Positions 1-13,309 of a DNA stretch of 64,000 nucleotides are shown in pieces. The position numbers and the translations under genes are program-made. The stretch is taken from contig MU058433.1 of assembly GCA_013265495.1 (NCBI GenBank), forward strand, positions 62,001 to 126,000, written 5' to 3'. Position 1 is the first letter of the stretch; each line of letters begins with the position of its first letter. The notes beneath the pieces are model-generated. The model saw nothing but the letters and a program-made list of their open reading frames with translations, was not told the DNA's origin and searched no databases. Source of the stretch: Vicugna vicugna. Its lineage: Eukaryota.

Positions 1-1195
1 GCCAAAAACAAGAGTTTCTGCCTGATGAGGAATGATGGTTATTGTGGCTAAAAGTTCTATGGGGATGTTTGAACCATGGAATGAACTTTTTGGCCAAGAA
101 ACCTTTTTGGCTCCACTTCTTAAGAATGTAAATTAGACAGACAGATTTTCTTATTTGATGATCTTTGTTTGTCTAATATTCTTAATACTTCGATGCAACA
201 TATTTTTCAATAGTGTACAAGTTTTAGAGGCAAATACAGAAGTTAGAAATTTGGAAGATCAGTCTTTCTGCAGAATGTTATGACACATTCCATAAAATAA
301 CAATAATTTTCAGTAAATAAATTGAGCTGCATGTAGCCCATCTACAAAAGTTATCACTGAACACCTTATAAATTTAATAGAATGTTTGAATTCTATTTTT
401 CATCAAAACAAAATCCACACATAGGATTCAGAATTTCTTTTATTGAAAGGTTATATGAATTTAACTATAAAGCATAAAATAAATTGTTGAAACTGGCCAC
501 TAGTGAGCTCTGAAGATAAAATAATGAAAATACAGCATCGCTTGCATAATTTTGAATAAAATATAAAATGTTCTTATAATGATTAAATTTCTTTAAAATC
601 ATGTGTTCCATTTTATTCGGTAGACCTTTGTCAGATAGATTTCCTTACTCTTCACATTAGAAAAAAAATAAACAAAACACACAAAATTTGGTTTAGACGT
701 AAATTATTGCCTACAAGTAACACTGTCATCAATCCAACCTATGTCAGACAAATTAACAAGAACAATGTGCACTCATTTGATACCTTAAAAGGTGAAGTAT
801 TGATACACATGGTGTTGCTTCAAAAGGTATTTAAGGCTTTCACTTTTCACTATAACTTTTGTTTAATTTTAATCGCAGAATGACAAACTCTCATGATGCA
901 ATGCATGTTCTCTACATTAACCACCTGTACGCATACTCTCAAAAAAAGTGTGTATGATTTCTGTAAGTCCTTTATTTTTCACCTGTGTTTATTTTGGTTG
1001 TATTTACTGTAATATATTTTATGTCTTTTGCATGTAATAATAGAAGCAAGACTTGTGTATTCGACATTTATTTTTTAGTTTTATTTTTTCTACTAATTTA
1101 TTTTTTGTACTTTACAGAAGTATTAATCTACAGTTTTTAGACATTAAAATTGTTAAAATTGTTATGATTCCTCATCAATAGTTCGAGAAGACCTG
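1..1195 (+). mobile_element. Degenerate hAT-Charlie (Buster-type, Charlie2-like) DNA transposon, 3' part running off the window
   Basis: Broken frames give transposase C-terminal motifs VITEHL (350-367), KLLKLAT (481-501), ENTASL (526-543) and VTLSSIQPxxDKLT (717-758), which resemble the Buster/ZMYM6-type transposase end as I recall it. Ends in TIR-like GTTCGAGAAGACCTG (1181-1195), followed by ACCTAGAG, close to the NTCTAGAN Charlie target preference. Confidence 0.75.
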
Positions 1196-4100
1196 ACCTA
1201 GAGACCGTTCTCTACACACGTCCACATATATGTAATCTGCATTTGTGATGCAGCGATTTCCTTCTGCTGCTGAATGAGCTGGTATTACTGTTCTGTGGAT
1301 TCCAACTCACTCTGGGGTGTGTCCTCTCAAGTTCAGACGTAGAAATAAAATAGTAAAAGTCAATCTGAATATACAGTCATATCATATTCTCGAATCCAAT
1401 ACTACCAGAAATAAAGTTCAGACTTTTATATCCACTGTCTGACTCTTCTACTTATCTCACAGTTAGGTTGCAAAAGGAAGTAGAGAATGTGTGAGTAATT
1501 ATTAGCTTTCAAATGCAAATCATAGCATCAAGCTACGGGACTGTTTACAAACCTCATCCACTGATACTCCATTCAGTTGCCTACATCCATGCAGGCTGGC
1601 TAATGAGCGCCCCTATTTCTCACTGCCCAACCCCTGCAGCCCCTAAGCAATGCATCATCACCATGGATGGCTCCTCCATCAACCCAAGCTTTCAGATCTT
1701 TGAAATGCATGGTTTCCCACCTAGGCTCAAGCAATACCCTCCCTCAGGCAGGTCCCATTCCCCTTATTCTTGAGGCTCAGCTTCTTTGTGTTCTTCAAGA
1801 CAATCTCTGAAATGAACTCTTCCAGGAAACTTTCTTGGACTGCAAGGAATGGTTGTGTATGCTTCCTTTGTGCTTCCCTAACACCCTATCTCAATCATTG
1901 CAATACATAAAACTGCCTGAGTAAATCACCTACTTTTGTAATTTACCCTTTTGCTAAACTACAAGCTTCTTGGTTGTAAGCAGCAGGTGTACTGGCTCTG
2001 TATCTCTACTCCCAGTTTGTATGCATTTGCTTTCAAATAACAGGTACTTTGAGAATGCTATTGGACTGAAATTACGACATAAATCTTTTGTAAATTTATT
2101 TAGTAATATTAAGTTCAAAATGGCAGATACAAGGCATGAAACCTCCAACTGCCCCCTTTCTTCCAAGGCAAATGTTGTAAATCTATTCTACAACTCATCT
2201 TTGGTAAGCCCTACATTATTCTTCTGAATATAGTAACTATGTGAAGTTGCCTTTGGCATATGACAGAGCATATACACAGTCTCTGGTCTAGGCACATGGT
2301 CTGGCTAAGATTGCAGCAAATGGGATGGTGGAGTGAGTAGGGCTAAAAATCCAAGAGGCAACAAAAATGGAATCACAAAGACTTAAAGAATGGCATGTAT
2401 GGGACATCTTGAAAAGAGGATGTTACGGACACATTTATGGATCCCTACTATTTGTAGAATACAGTTCTAAGTTCTGAGTTCAGGAAGATAATAAGTCAAT
2501 TCCTCTGTTGATAATGTCTTAATATCTAATATCTAACATGAGAGATGGGAATTTGCAGAAAGGAATAGATGTAGGGCAAGACCATTTATGTGTGAGCAAG
2601 TTAACTGCTGATTTTTGTATAATAATCCTCTTTAATCCAAAGCAGAATATGTGATTTAATTCATGATTTGACAATGGGACATAATATTTGCAACCAGTCT
2701 CACCAGAAGGAGCCATCAGCAGCTAGGGCAGTAAATTTACGCTTGAGGGAAGAGCAAAACCGGGCTTAACTTGTTTTCTCCTCCCATAAACAGAAAAAGG
2801 GTGGGAGGATTTTAAACGACAATGATGATCTCTGCTTTGAACATGATGAGTCTGAGACGAGAATATCAGTGAAAATTAGTGAAAATCCTAACATAACAGC
2901 TAATATTAGAACAGTGTTTTACAGCCTGTGATGCACATTCATCTCCATTTTGCTTTTAAAACTAGTACTTAAATTTATCAAGAAGATCACATATTAAAAA
3001 CTAAGATATAGAATTACCAACCAGCAGAGTCACCATTAAGCCACAGTAATAAAGGAACTCTGCCGAGAAGGGTAGAAAAATAATAACAGATAACTGGCCC
3101 AAAGACAGAGGATGGGAGAAGAAAATGGAGACCGTGCAGGAGACAGTCCCTTCCTTTGCTGGTTTTTCTAGGTCATTAAGCCTCCATGGGAGCCATTCGT
3201 GCGTGTCAGTGAATAACCATGGGTTTGAGTTCCTACCAGGATGAAAGGAGTGTGTGCTCTTAAATGATCTCAGCTCAGACTCTATTTATTTATTATTCCT
3301 TCAGCAAACTTGTAAAAATATCAGCTCTTGGCCAATCCATGTACTCAGCAAAATGGAAATGACAAGAAGAGTTTAAAAGATAACCTCTTCTGATACAGCA
3401 TTTTTGGCAAGCTGACACAGAAAGCTGAGTCCTCATTTAGTCAGTGGCATGACTGCCGACTAGTGGGGTTCACGAGGACGATAAAGACAGGCTCCGACAG
3501 CCCCGGATTCTCTGGAGTCTGTTTTCAGAGGAGAGAGGCTGTGTTCAGTGGGGATATCACCAAATTGGAGGGCAGCAGATTCTACTCTAGCTCCACATTT
3601 GTAACTCTTTGCTATGTGCTTTGGAAAACTCATTTTCACTCTGTTTCCTCTTGCAAGAATGAGGTCTGGATGATTCCCGTCCCCTGGGGTCTGGCCCTGC
3701 CCCTCCTCATCCCTTACTCCTATCCCACCTCCCTCTGCTCCAGCCACACTGCCTTTCTAATAACTCTCCTCCTGCCATTGTCTTCCTCACCCATCACTTT
3801 ATTAGGCTTCATTTTTCTATTGACTATATTACTATTTGAAAGTAACAAACATTTGTTTTCTTGCTTCTTCTTTGTCACGCTCCCTGGAATATAAGCTCCG
3901 CAGAAGCAGGGCAGAGCCTCTCCCTGTTATTGATCTTCATATCCTGAATGCTTAGAACAAAATTTGGAATATAGTATATACTCAATAAACAATTTCCAGA
4001 TGAATAGATAATTTTCAAAACAATTATTGGAAGAACTCTGGATATCTCTTTGATTACGACGTATTTTCTCCACACTAATGCTCATGGAATTTGAATGCAT

Positions 4101-4561
4101 CTTACGTTGAATGTATTACTTTGCTGTAGTTTTCTCCTTCCCACCGCACTCCTCACTGCAGAAATGTATTTTGTAATTGATTTTCTCTTTTAATCAAGGA
4201 AATGCACTCTGTAGATAAGAACTCCACAAGTCCTCTGGCCATTTTTTTTTCTTTAGTGTCCAAACAAATTGGCTTGAGGTCTCATCTATGTATTGTGGGC
4301 AGTCCAGCCCTCTTCTCAGTCTCCACCTACTTTGGGCCGTGTTCTCCTGGGCACCATCTCTGAAGCTCACTTTCTCAATATGTCTTGGAGCCTAGGAGCT
4401 ACTCTTTCCTCCCAGCATAGGTGCCAACAATTCTGGCATTCATAACTATATTCTCCCGCTCCCATTATAGCACTGGTGATAGAACTTCCTGCTTATAACA
4501 GACTTGTACCGAAAGGTTTTTGGGGGTGGGGTGGGAAGGTGACATTTAAAGGGAACTACAG

Positions 4562-4706
4562 GTCTCAAAAAACTTATAAAACTGTGCCTTGATTTCTAAC
4601 TAGCGAAACAGTTCTCAGAACTTTCTGAGATGCTCTTCCCGGCTTATCATCCTCAAATTTGGCTTAAATGAAATTTTCCATTTCTTTTTTTAAAAACAGA
4701 AAAAAA
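4562..4706 (+). mobile_element. LTR-derived 3' fragment (U3/R) with A-rich tail, flanked by a 15-bp target-site duplication
   Basis: TAAAGGGAACTACAG at 4547-4561 and 4707-4721. The body aligns by eye with the reverse complement of the LTR fragment at about 47395-47510. Confidence 0.75.
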
Positions 4707-5181
4707 TAAAGGGAACTACAGAAACATAACATGGACAATAATTAGAGCTGATATTATCATAAATGCCGTAAATCCATCGACTAATCCCCTAAATGAAAAT
4801 TTTCTTCTTGATAGTTTCAGTTTTAGTCTCTCTTCTTCAGTGTCTCTGTCCCATTTAACACATCTTCCTTTTTCCGTAAGTGCGAATCTCAATTTCCACA
4901 TTTTTACTGCTTTTTCTATATGGAGTAATTTAGCTCTTTGTCTTCCCCTCCTTCTTTCTGAGCATATCCTGTGCAACTTCATGTTCCACAAGCAAGCAGG
5001 TCTTCCAGGATTTTTTTATACATACAACAATTTCTTTCATATAGATTATGTCACCTTCTTGGTACACAAAATCACTTGTAGACAGTTCTTACTTTAAATA
5101 TCATTTGCTTTTTTTTTAAATTCTGGATACATTAATAGACATTATAAACTTATCTTAGCTTTTCCATCGGGCAGTGGAACA

Positions 5182-6130
5182 TCATTCTTTACCTTTGGTA
5201 GAAAATAGTATTATGACCTTATCTCTGATCTGCTTGGTCTTTACTCCATAAACAATGGGGTTGAGTGCAGGTGGGATGATAATGTAAAGGTTGGCAAACA
5301 TGATGTGGAAGGTGAGGGAGACATTGTGTCCAAAGCGATGGGCAAGAATGGAGAAGAAGGCAAGTGTATAAAACATGAGGATGACACAGACATGGGAACC
5401 ACAGGTACCAAGGGCCTTCTGGCGGGCTTCTTGGGAGGGGAGGCGAAAGACAACACAGAGGATGAGCGTATAAGAAACAGCAATGAGGATCACATCGGAG
5501 ATGACCGTCATGATGGGAACACAAAAGCCATACCAGATGTTGATGGAGATATCAGCACAGGCCAGCCGGGCAACTCCGAATATGTTCACAGTATGTGTGG
5601 GGTATGATGCGTGTTCTGCAGAAAGGCAAGCGTGTGAGCAAGAAAACATCTGGCAGGATGATGCAGAAGCTTCGAAAAGAGATGCCCACAGCAATCTTGA
5701 TGATGGTCTTGGGGGTTAAGATAGTGGTGTATCTCAAGGGAGAACAGATGGCCACATAGCAGTCAAATGCCATGGCCATCAGGATTGCTGAGTCCAGGAC
5801 AAAGCTATAGTGGAGGAAGAACATTTGTGTAAGACACCCTGAGAATGTGATTTCTCGAGCCCTAAGCCAAAAGATACTAAGTGTTTTAGGAACTCCCGCT
5901 GTGGACAGGATGAGGTCAGTCATGGCCAGTATGGAAAGAAAGAAGAACATGGGTTCGTGAAGGCTACGCTCCACCATGATGAGGTAGAGAAGGATGCAGT
6001 TTCCCATAACAGCCACAATATAGATGATACAGAAGGGAATCCCAATCCACACATGGGCTTGCTTCAGGCCTGGGATCCCCACCAGAATGAAGGGTCCTGG
6101 GTTGTAACTGCTTAGGTTGAAAATGACCAT
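5182..6130 (-). pseudogene. OR52H1: Olfactory receptor OR52H1-like, frameshifted (315 aa if repaired)
   Basis: Two overlapping ORFs (5552..6208 and 5182..5694) join into one class [78 protein letters not shown] at 6130 to stop at 5182 is 949 nt (3n+1), with an extra base at 5579/5580. N-terminus matches my recall of human OR52H1. Confidence 0.85.
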
Positions 6131-7290
6131 GGCAGACAAGGTGACACACGTCCCAGCTCCTGAGGACAGTGGGTGATAAAGGACAGTCAGAGTCACTCTC
6201 ACTTCCAACCACTCATCATTACTGACTCCTAAAGGTAAGGTGATCGGCTAATTTATCATTCAAAGTAGGGCACCTTTGAAGTGATAAAAGGTTGGTGTTA
6301 GAACAATGGTGGGTAACACGCACAAACCAGATTGTCTCAGATGTATTGGGATGTATGGGCATTCTATCGAGAACATCTTCTTTCTTTTGGCCACCTCTGT
6401 TGATTTACACAACTTTTCCAGGCAGCTTCCCATATTGGCTATAATCACTTTTTTCATTATACTGTATACCCTTGATACAAGCTAACAAATGACAGGGTGT
6501 ACTTTCCCATAGGTTGGTGGATTATAGTTTATATGATGTTACATACATTATTAGTTAAGATCTGTCACTGTGGATTATCAATCTCTGCCCCAAGACAATT
6601 ACTTATTCTTTTCAAGGCCACCTGATAACTGTGGCTCTTAGATATGTGAAGTCAATACCACTTTACTGTCATCCAAAAATTCAGTTCAACAAACACTACC
6701 TAGGTTCCTACACTATGCTGAAAAACAGGTGTAACTTAAACTTAAATTTTTAAAGTACTTTACAGTTGAGCTTCATGAGCCCTTGCTCCTACAAAAATAC
6801 TGTTTTCTGCCACCCTAACACTATACAGCTGCATAATATCTCAATATTTTGAATTTAATAACATTATTGGTCAAGACTTCCATACAAAAGAAGAATTTTT
6901 TTCTTTTTAAATACATATTCTATTAGATAGACACATAAACTCCAGGACGTATAGTCTCTTAGATATACAAACGTACTTAGTAGTACTTAAAATCTCAAGC
7001 ATACCTTGACCTATACTTACATTCTCACATGCATTTTACCATAATTTATTAACCTACACATAATCTTACACAAGGCAAACTCCCTTCCCCCACCTCTGTC
7101 TTACACAGATCTACACGTGTGCACACATGCATGTGCACACATACCCACATGCACATACCATAGCCTCACAAGCACACACACCAAGGAAAATATAAACAAA
7201 AGATTTCATGCCTGAATTTTGACACTGCCATTTTCTTTGTAAATTCCCAAAACCTTTACTCTGGGAGTTAATCTTTTAAAGACTAGATTC

Positions 7291-7662
7291 TTGAAATTTT
7301 ACCATTTGCTCCAACAGGGATGGACTTGGAGGGCATTATGCTAAATGAAATAAGTCAGACAGAGAAAGACAAATACTGTATGATATCACTAATATGGGGA
7401 ATCTAAAAAAAAAAAATACAACAAACTAGTCAGTATAAAAAAAGAAGCAGACCCACAGATACAGAGAACAAACTAGTGGTTACCAGTGGACACACGGGGG
7501 GTGGGGACGGACAATCAAGGGGAGGGTGTGGGAGGTACAAGCTATAGGGTGTGACAGGCTACAAGGATGTGCTGTACAACACGGGGAATATAGCCAGTAT
7601 TTTGTAATAACTGCAAATGGAGTGTAACCTTTAAAAATTGTATTAAGAAAAAGAAAAAAAAA
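7291..7662 (+). mobile_element. 5'-truncated LINE-1 3' end with poly(A) tail
   Basis: Typical L1 3' sequence (ATGGACTTGGAGGGCATTATGCTAAATGAAATAAGTCAGACAGAGAAAGACAAATAC...), G-rich tract, A-rich tail at about 7646-7662. Confidence 0.85.
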
Positions 7663-10600
7663 GATTCATTTTTCAAGTAGGAGCAAAGGTGAGCTGTTCC
7701 CTCGAGGCTAGAAGAGAAGGAAAGGGGGCAGCTGTAGACTCCTGTTGTTTGCTGGACAAGGATGTTTGTGATTCAGTTGTCCAAGTTATGATTAAATAAC
7801 ATCATGCACAAAAAAAGGCTAGGTTCTTCAATTTTCTTCCTTCTCCAGTAATGCATCTACATAGAAAGTGATTTAAAATTTAGAAATAACCAACCATATC
7901 ACAAGGCCAGGTACTCCCAGGATCAGCACTAGGGAAGAGTTTGTGACGGCCACATGCCTCAGATACTTAACCTGACAAGGCCAAAACTCAGGCCCAACCT
8001 TCTCCCTCCCCTCACTTTGATCACATTCTTAGGCCCAGACCACCACACCTTCCATCTCCCAGGCCAGTGCTTAGTTTCTCCACTCTTCCAATTTTGCCAA
8101 AGAGAAATCAGGCACTCTTTTCTTTCGGACCTTCCCTTATCGATAAGTAAAATCATATTTTTTATAGCAACTTAAACACTCCTCAACAGTGTCTCATCAT
8201 TCATATGTTCTGGGTTCTGGGAACACAGTCCAGAGTTCAGACGGTGGTCCACAGTCCAGCCCCTTCCTTACATGATCATCTGTTCCAATCATCGGCATTC
8301 ATTTGATGGAGTGTGTATCCAAGTACAGGAGACCATGACTTCAGCTTATAAATGGGAGTTGCTCGGGACAGAAAGTTACAGTGCTCAGTCCATGCCCTAG
8401 GAAATGGAGCCCTGAGCTTTTCATTCACTCTCTCTCCAAATCCTAGTCCCAAACAAACCCCGCCAAACAGCCAGCACTCACCCAGTCTTGGGGCTTGGGT
8501 CAAACGGAAAGAAGAAAGATTGTGCTGATAGTCACACAGAAAACCTGTAAGAGGCGGGGACACACCAACCAAAGAAATAAGTGGAGGGGAAAGGAAAAGA
8601 CTCAAAGGTTTAGTCCCTGCTCATTTATTTATTTTTTTCTGTCCATTGTTCAATGTGAGGAAGAGGTAAATAGTTAGGGCCTGAGGGACCTTAACACCCT
8701 CTCTTCTCACTCTCAAGGAAAAGAGTGTAAAGAAGATTATATTAACCCTGCCCATGCCTGTGAGTTAACACTACCTCAGAGTTTATTTATCTTATGCACT
8801 TACAGGTGAGCTATATGCCCGCGGGTGTGTGGCCTGGTGTGTGCCCACTTGTCTGATCACCTAGGTTTTGAGCTCATGCCCTCACCAGGTAAAGGACTTT
8901 GAATATGGTACTTCATATCTATTAAAAGGAGATGATGTCTTACCTACTTCTCAAGATTATATAAGGATTGACAAATTAAATAGGGCAGTGCTTATAAAAT
9001 GCTTAACACAGTGGCGGACTCACCGTGCACCTGTTAAAATGATTATATGGTCCATTTCAAGATAGCCTAACATTGCCTTTCAGAGTAAGGATCCAGGATC
9101 TTCATTCATAAGCTCTACAATGCATTTGTGCACCTTTTCTTTTCCCCTGAAGGACTGGTTTTATATGTGGATGAGAGCATAAAGACTGGAAAACAGGAAA
9201 GTGGGTTGGAACTGTCTACATCAGGGCAGAAGTGGAACAAAAACTGGATGCAGATTCCTCTGAAGGACCACATGGGATGGACCTGCCGGGCCCCAAAGGG
9301 CTCTTTGAAACATCCTAGGCTAAATATCCCACTTTAGCTTCAAAATCGTCTGGTCCCAAACTGCATTCACTGCCCCCTCTCCAAACCTGTTCTTTCAGTG
9401 TTCCAAAGTTTAGCAAATGTCACACCTCACTACTTAGATGAATTTTTTAAACTACATCGTGCTGCTGTTTCCTCCTAAAGATCTCTTGAATCCATTCTCT
9501 TCTCTGTCTCCAGTGCCCAGCTACCATCATCATCTCTTCCCTAAGGTACTCTAATAGCCTCCTAAAGTATCATTTTATTTCTGTTTTGTCTCCCTCAGTG
9601 CATTTTCCACACTGAGGACGGACTGCTCTTTCCAAAATGTACATCAGACTATGTTGTTCCTTGGCTTAAATCTCATTTTGTTCTCATTGGAATCTTTACT
9701 TGCTGTATCTTCTACTTCTATTTATCTTCATCCTGGTCTTTGGGAGGCTGTCATCTTTTCATTATTTGAGACTCAACACAAAATGAAACTTCATTATAAA
9801 CGTATCGTTGGTTAAAACAAATAATTAATGAAATACATTCCTGTGGGGATACGTTTAGATCTGCCTGTTGGTACTGTGAGGAGTCCCAGATCTCAGTTCG
9901 TATCTAAGAGGCTTTTGTCCTACAACTCTAACAGCCAGCTTAATTTCCCTACGTGTGGTAAATCCAGTCTTTCTGCCTATATGTCTACAAAGATATTCAA
10001 CAATAACCCTGAATACTGGGCTTTAAGAGTGCTCCTTTTTTGCCTTTATCTCGTCCACAGGCAGCTTTCCTTCTGGTTGGACACTGAGCACAAATAATTC
10101 CATTGCCAATGGCTATCTTTTTATATCTAACATTGAGACTATTGAAAATATCAGTCAAATGCACACCAGTGTTTAGTTTGATGTACTATTGAGTTTTCTT
10201 GGGCCAATGTTTTTAAAGGAAAAGTACGTACATTTAAGTAGTGAAAATTCCCAGTTCTTACCTTCAGAGTACTCTGGGATGATATGGATATTTATGGAGA
10301 CATTTGTCCTTTTTGACTAGATTTAGTGGAAAAGAACTGGCCATAGGTAAGTTGTATGTATTTTATATGAACACCTGGTCCAAACAAAAGGTTGTGAAGA
10401 ACTTACTTAGAGCTTAATGTTTCCATAACCTGGTTTAATAAAAGCATATTTTTCTAGTAAATCAGTTACTGATTTTCATTGGACTAAAATACAAACATAT
10501 TCTGGTGTCCCTTCTCTATTTATAATTCACACCCTAAAAATGTAAGCCACACCCCCCACTCTTCACCCCCAATTAAGTAACAGCAAACAACAAACCAACT

Positions 10601-12355
10601 ATTACTTTACATACGAATGTTACGGTTCTATCAGCACAATGTAGGAGAGGTGCCTCAGCAGACAGCTGGTCCTGCGACCTGGCATTGTCATCCGGGAGCA
10701 CAAATCAGCTATGTCAGCAGAATGGAAGCCCCCACAATTCAATTACTATCATGTATGTAACAATTTGTTCAACTGGAAATCATGTTAGTCTTTTTTTTTT
10801 TATGATTAAGAGATGAAGTGGTTAAAATGACGAAGGTGGAAATTTCCATATGCTGGGTTTAATATTTTGTACATATTCATTTTGACCCCTGTCAATTACT
10901 TGAACTCCCATTTAGCGATTTCGTACAACATGGAATCAGAGTTATTTCACAGGGACTCCTTAGCCTCAGACAGAGATATTCTGTTGGTTTGTTTCTAATT
11001 GTTTTTTCTTTTGGCTCTACTTTCTCTTCTCCTTAAACTTCAGACTACCTTTATTTATACAGATAATGTTGAAAACAACATGTGTGGCTGTCACCCAGTA
11101 AAATGATATACTAAAATTTGACTCCCTGAGGTCAAAGACCATATGCTTCTTATTAAAATTTTATGTTGAGAATTATTATAGAAATATAAATCTAGGGACA
11201 TGAATGGAGTGGTAGTGTGGAGATGGGAAAGCAGTCTAGAAGGAGAGATACCATGTAGAACCTTGGTAGTTTGATTCAGATGAAAAGTGATGAGTGTTTG
11301 AACCAAAGTGGTAAGAGAAGGGGTGTTTACACCGGACTGGGGAATCTGAGAGGTCGTCTGGAAAGAAGCAGTAGGCTTTAAGGTCATAGTGGATATGAGA
11401 GGAAACCTGACATCAGCTACCATTGGCACTCACCAAATACCAAAAATAGTTATTTCTTAACTGATTCAGAAACTAAAGGACTTACTAGACCAAGTTAAAC
11501 ATACTGGATTTGAAGAGATAATGAATAATATAAATGGAGATACACTTTGGCATGAGACTACAATTTTTCTGAGATATACAAGAGAGTTGGGACCAGCAGT
11601 GCTTCTAATTGGTCAAGTCTGAAACCCACATCTTAGTCTGTATGTGCTTTTCTATCTTATTGGCCATAAGAATTTGGCTTCCTCTGTGTATTCCTTCTTA
11701 GGGGACTCTACCCATCCACATCGCATTTGGGTTTCTCAAAATTTAGTAAAAAATGAGCTTTAGATTTCATCATTGCCTTCTTCCTTTGTCTCAAATAAAC
11801 CCCTGCGCTCTCAATTTAATAACTACATGGGTATTTGCCATTCATTTATTTGCTAAACAATGCTTATGCACACAGTACATGCCAAGACTTATGCTTCAAG
11901 CTGTCCAGGACCGGAATGAAGCAACCAAACTAAAACTCTAGGAGCTCGCAGCATCATCATGGTAGAAATTCCTTGTATTACTATGATGTATAAACTACTC
12001 TGATGTATAAATCTGAAAAAAAAATTAGATTCCTTAGAAGTATCTTTGTAAAGAAAAAGAGACACTAATCATTTTGTTTTCATTTAAAGTTTTGCAATTA
12101 CCTTAGGGAATTTAAAAGAAATTAAATTCTTTTAGGTTCCAGAAACAAAAATATATATGTTATTTCCTAGACTAAAAAAATTTTTAGAATGGCTGAGAAG
12201 ACTTCTGCCTAAAGCAACAAAGGAAGCAAAACCACGTTTCTGACTAATAAGGAATTTTTTCATTAGGCTCTTCTCTGGGGCCAAAGCAACAAGTGCAGTC
12301 TTGAACCTAATGTACACTAGGAACTTGCCCCTGCCTCCTAGGCTTCAGGCAAACA

Positions 12356-13309
12356 TCAGTGGGACCCCTTAGGAAACAGGAGAAGAATGATTTTGTCTCG
12401 GATCTGCTTGGTCTTGACCCCATAGACAATAGGGTTGAGTGCAGGTGGGATGATAACATAGAGGTTGGCAAACATAATGTGAAAGGTATGAGGGACATTA
12501 TGTCCAAAGCGATGTGCAAGGATGGAAAAGAAAGCTGGTATATAGAATATAAGGATGACACAGACATGGGACCCACAGGTGCCCAGGGCCTTCTGGCGAG
12601 CATCTCGGGAGGGGAGGCAAAAAACAGCACAGAGGATGAGAGTGTACGAGACAGCAATTAGAATCACATCTATAATCACCGTCATGATTGGAACACAAAA
12701 CCCATACCAGATATTGATGGAGATATCAGCACAGGCAAGCCGGGCAACACTTATGTGCTCACAGTATGTGTGGGGAATGTTGTGTGTCCTACAGAAGGGC
12801 AGACGATTTACAAGGAAAACGCATGGGACAAAAACACAGAAACTCCTGAAGATGATTCCCAGAGCAATTTTGACAGTGGTCCTGGTCGTCAGGATAGTGG
12901 TGTATCTCAAGGGTAAGCAGATGGCCACGTAGCGGTCAAAGGCCATGGCCATCAGTATAGCTGAGTCTAGAACAAAGCTGTAATGCAGGAAGAATAATTG
13001 GGTGAGACAGCCAGGGAAACTGATTTTCTGAGGACCAAACCAGAAGACGCTGAGAGTTTTGGGGACACAGGTGGTAGACAATATGAGATCAGTAATAGCC
13101 AGCACAGAAAGGAAAAAGCACATGGGTGCATGAAGACTGCGCTCCACTGTAATGAGGTAGAGAAGGATGCTATTACCCACAATGGCCACAAGATAGATAA
13201 AACAGAAGGGGATGCTGATCCAGATGTGGTACTGCTCAAGTCCAGGGATGCCCAGAAGGGTGAAGGCACCTGTGTTGTAGCCAGTCAGGTTGTACGTGGC
13301 CATTGACAT
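12356..13309 (-). CDS. Intact class I olfactory receptor, family 52 subfamily H-like (317 aa)
   Basis: Single-exon ORF with [36 protein letters not shown] and [17 protein letters not shown] splice acceptor TTTATTTTAG on the minus strand (AG at 13331-13332) lies just upstream of the ATG. Confidence 0.95.
   Translation of the reverse strand: MSMATYNLTGYNTGAFTLLGIPGLEQYHIWISIPFCFIYLVAIVGNSILLYLITVERSLHAPMCFFLSVLAITDLILSTTCVPKTLSVFWFGPQKISFPGCLTQLFFLHYSFVLDSAILMAMAFDRYVAICLPLRYTTILTTRTTVKIALGIIFRSFCVFVPCVFLVNRLPFCRTHNIPHTYCEHISVARLACADISINIWYGFCVPIMTVIIDVILIAVSYTLILCAVFCLPSRDARQKALGTCGSHVCVILIFYIPAFFSILAHRFGHNVPHTFHIMFANLYVIIPPALNPIVYGVKTKQIRDKIILLLFPKGSH

Noticed and set aside
6131..6208. 26-aa N-terminal extension of the OR52H1 ORF
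   Set aside because: Non-ATG start, and it crosses a good splice acceptor at 6160-6161.
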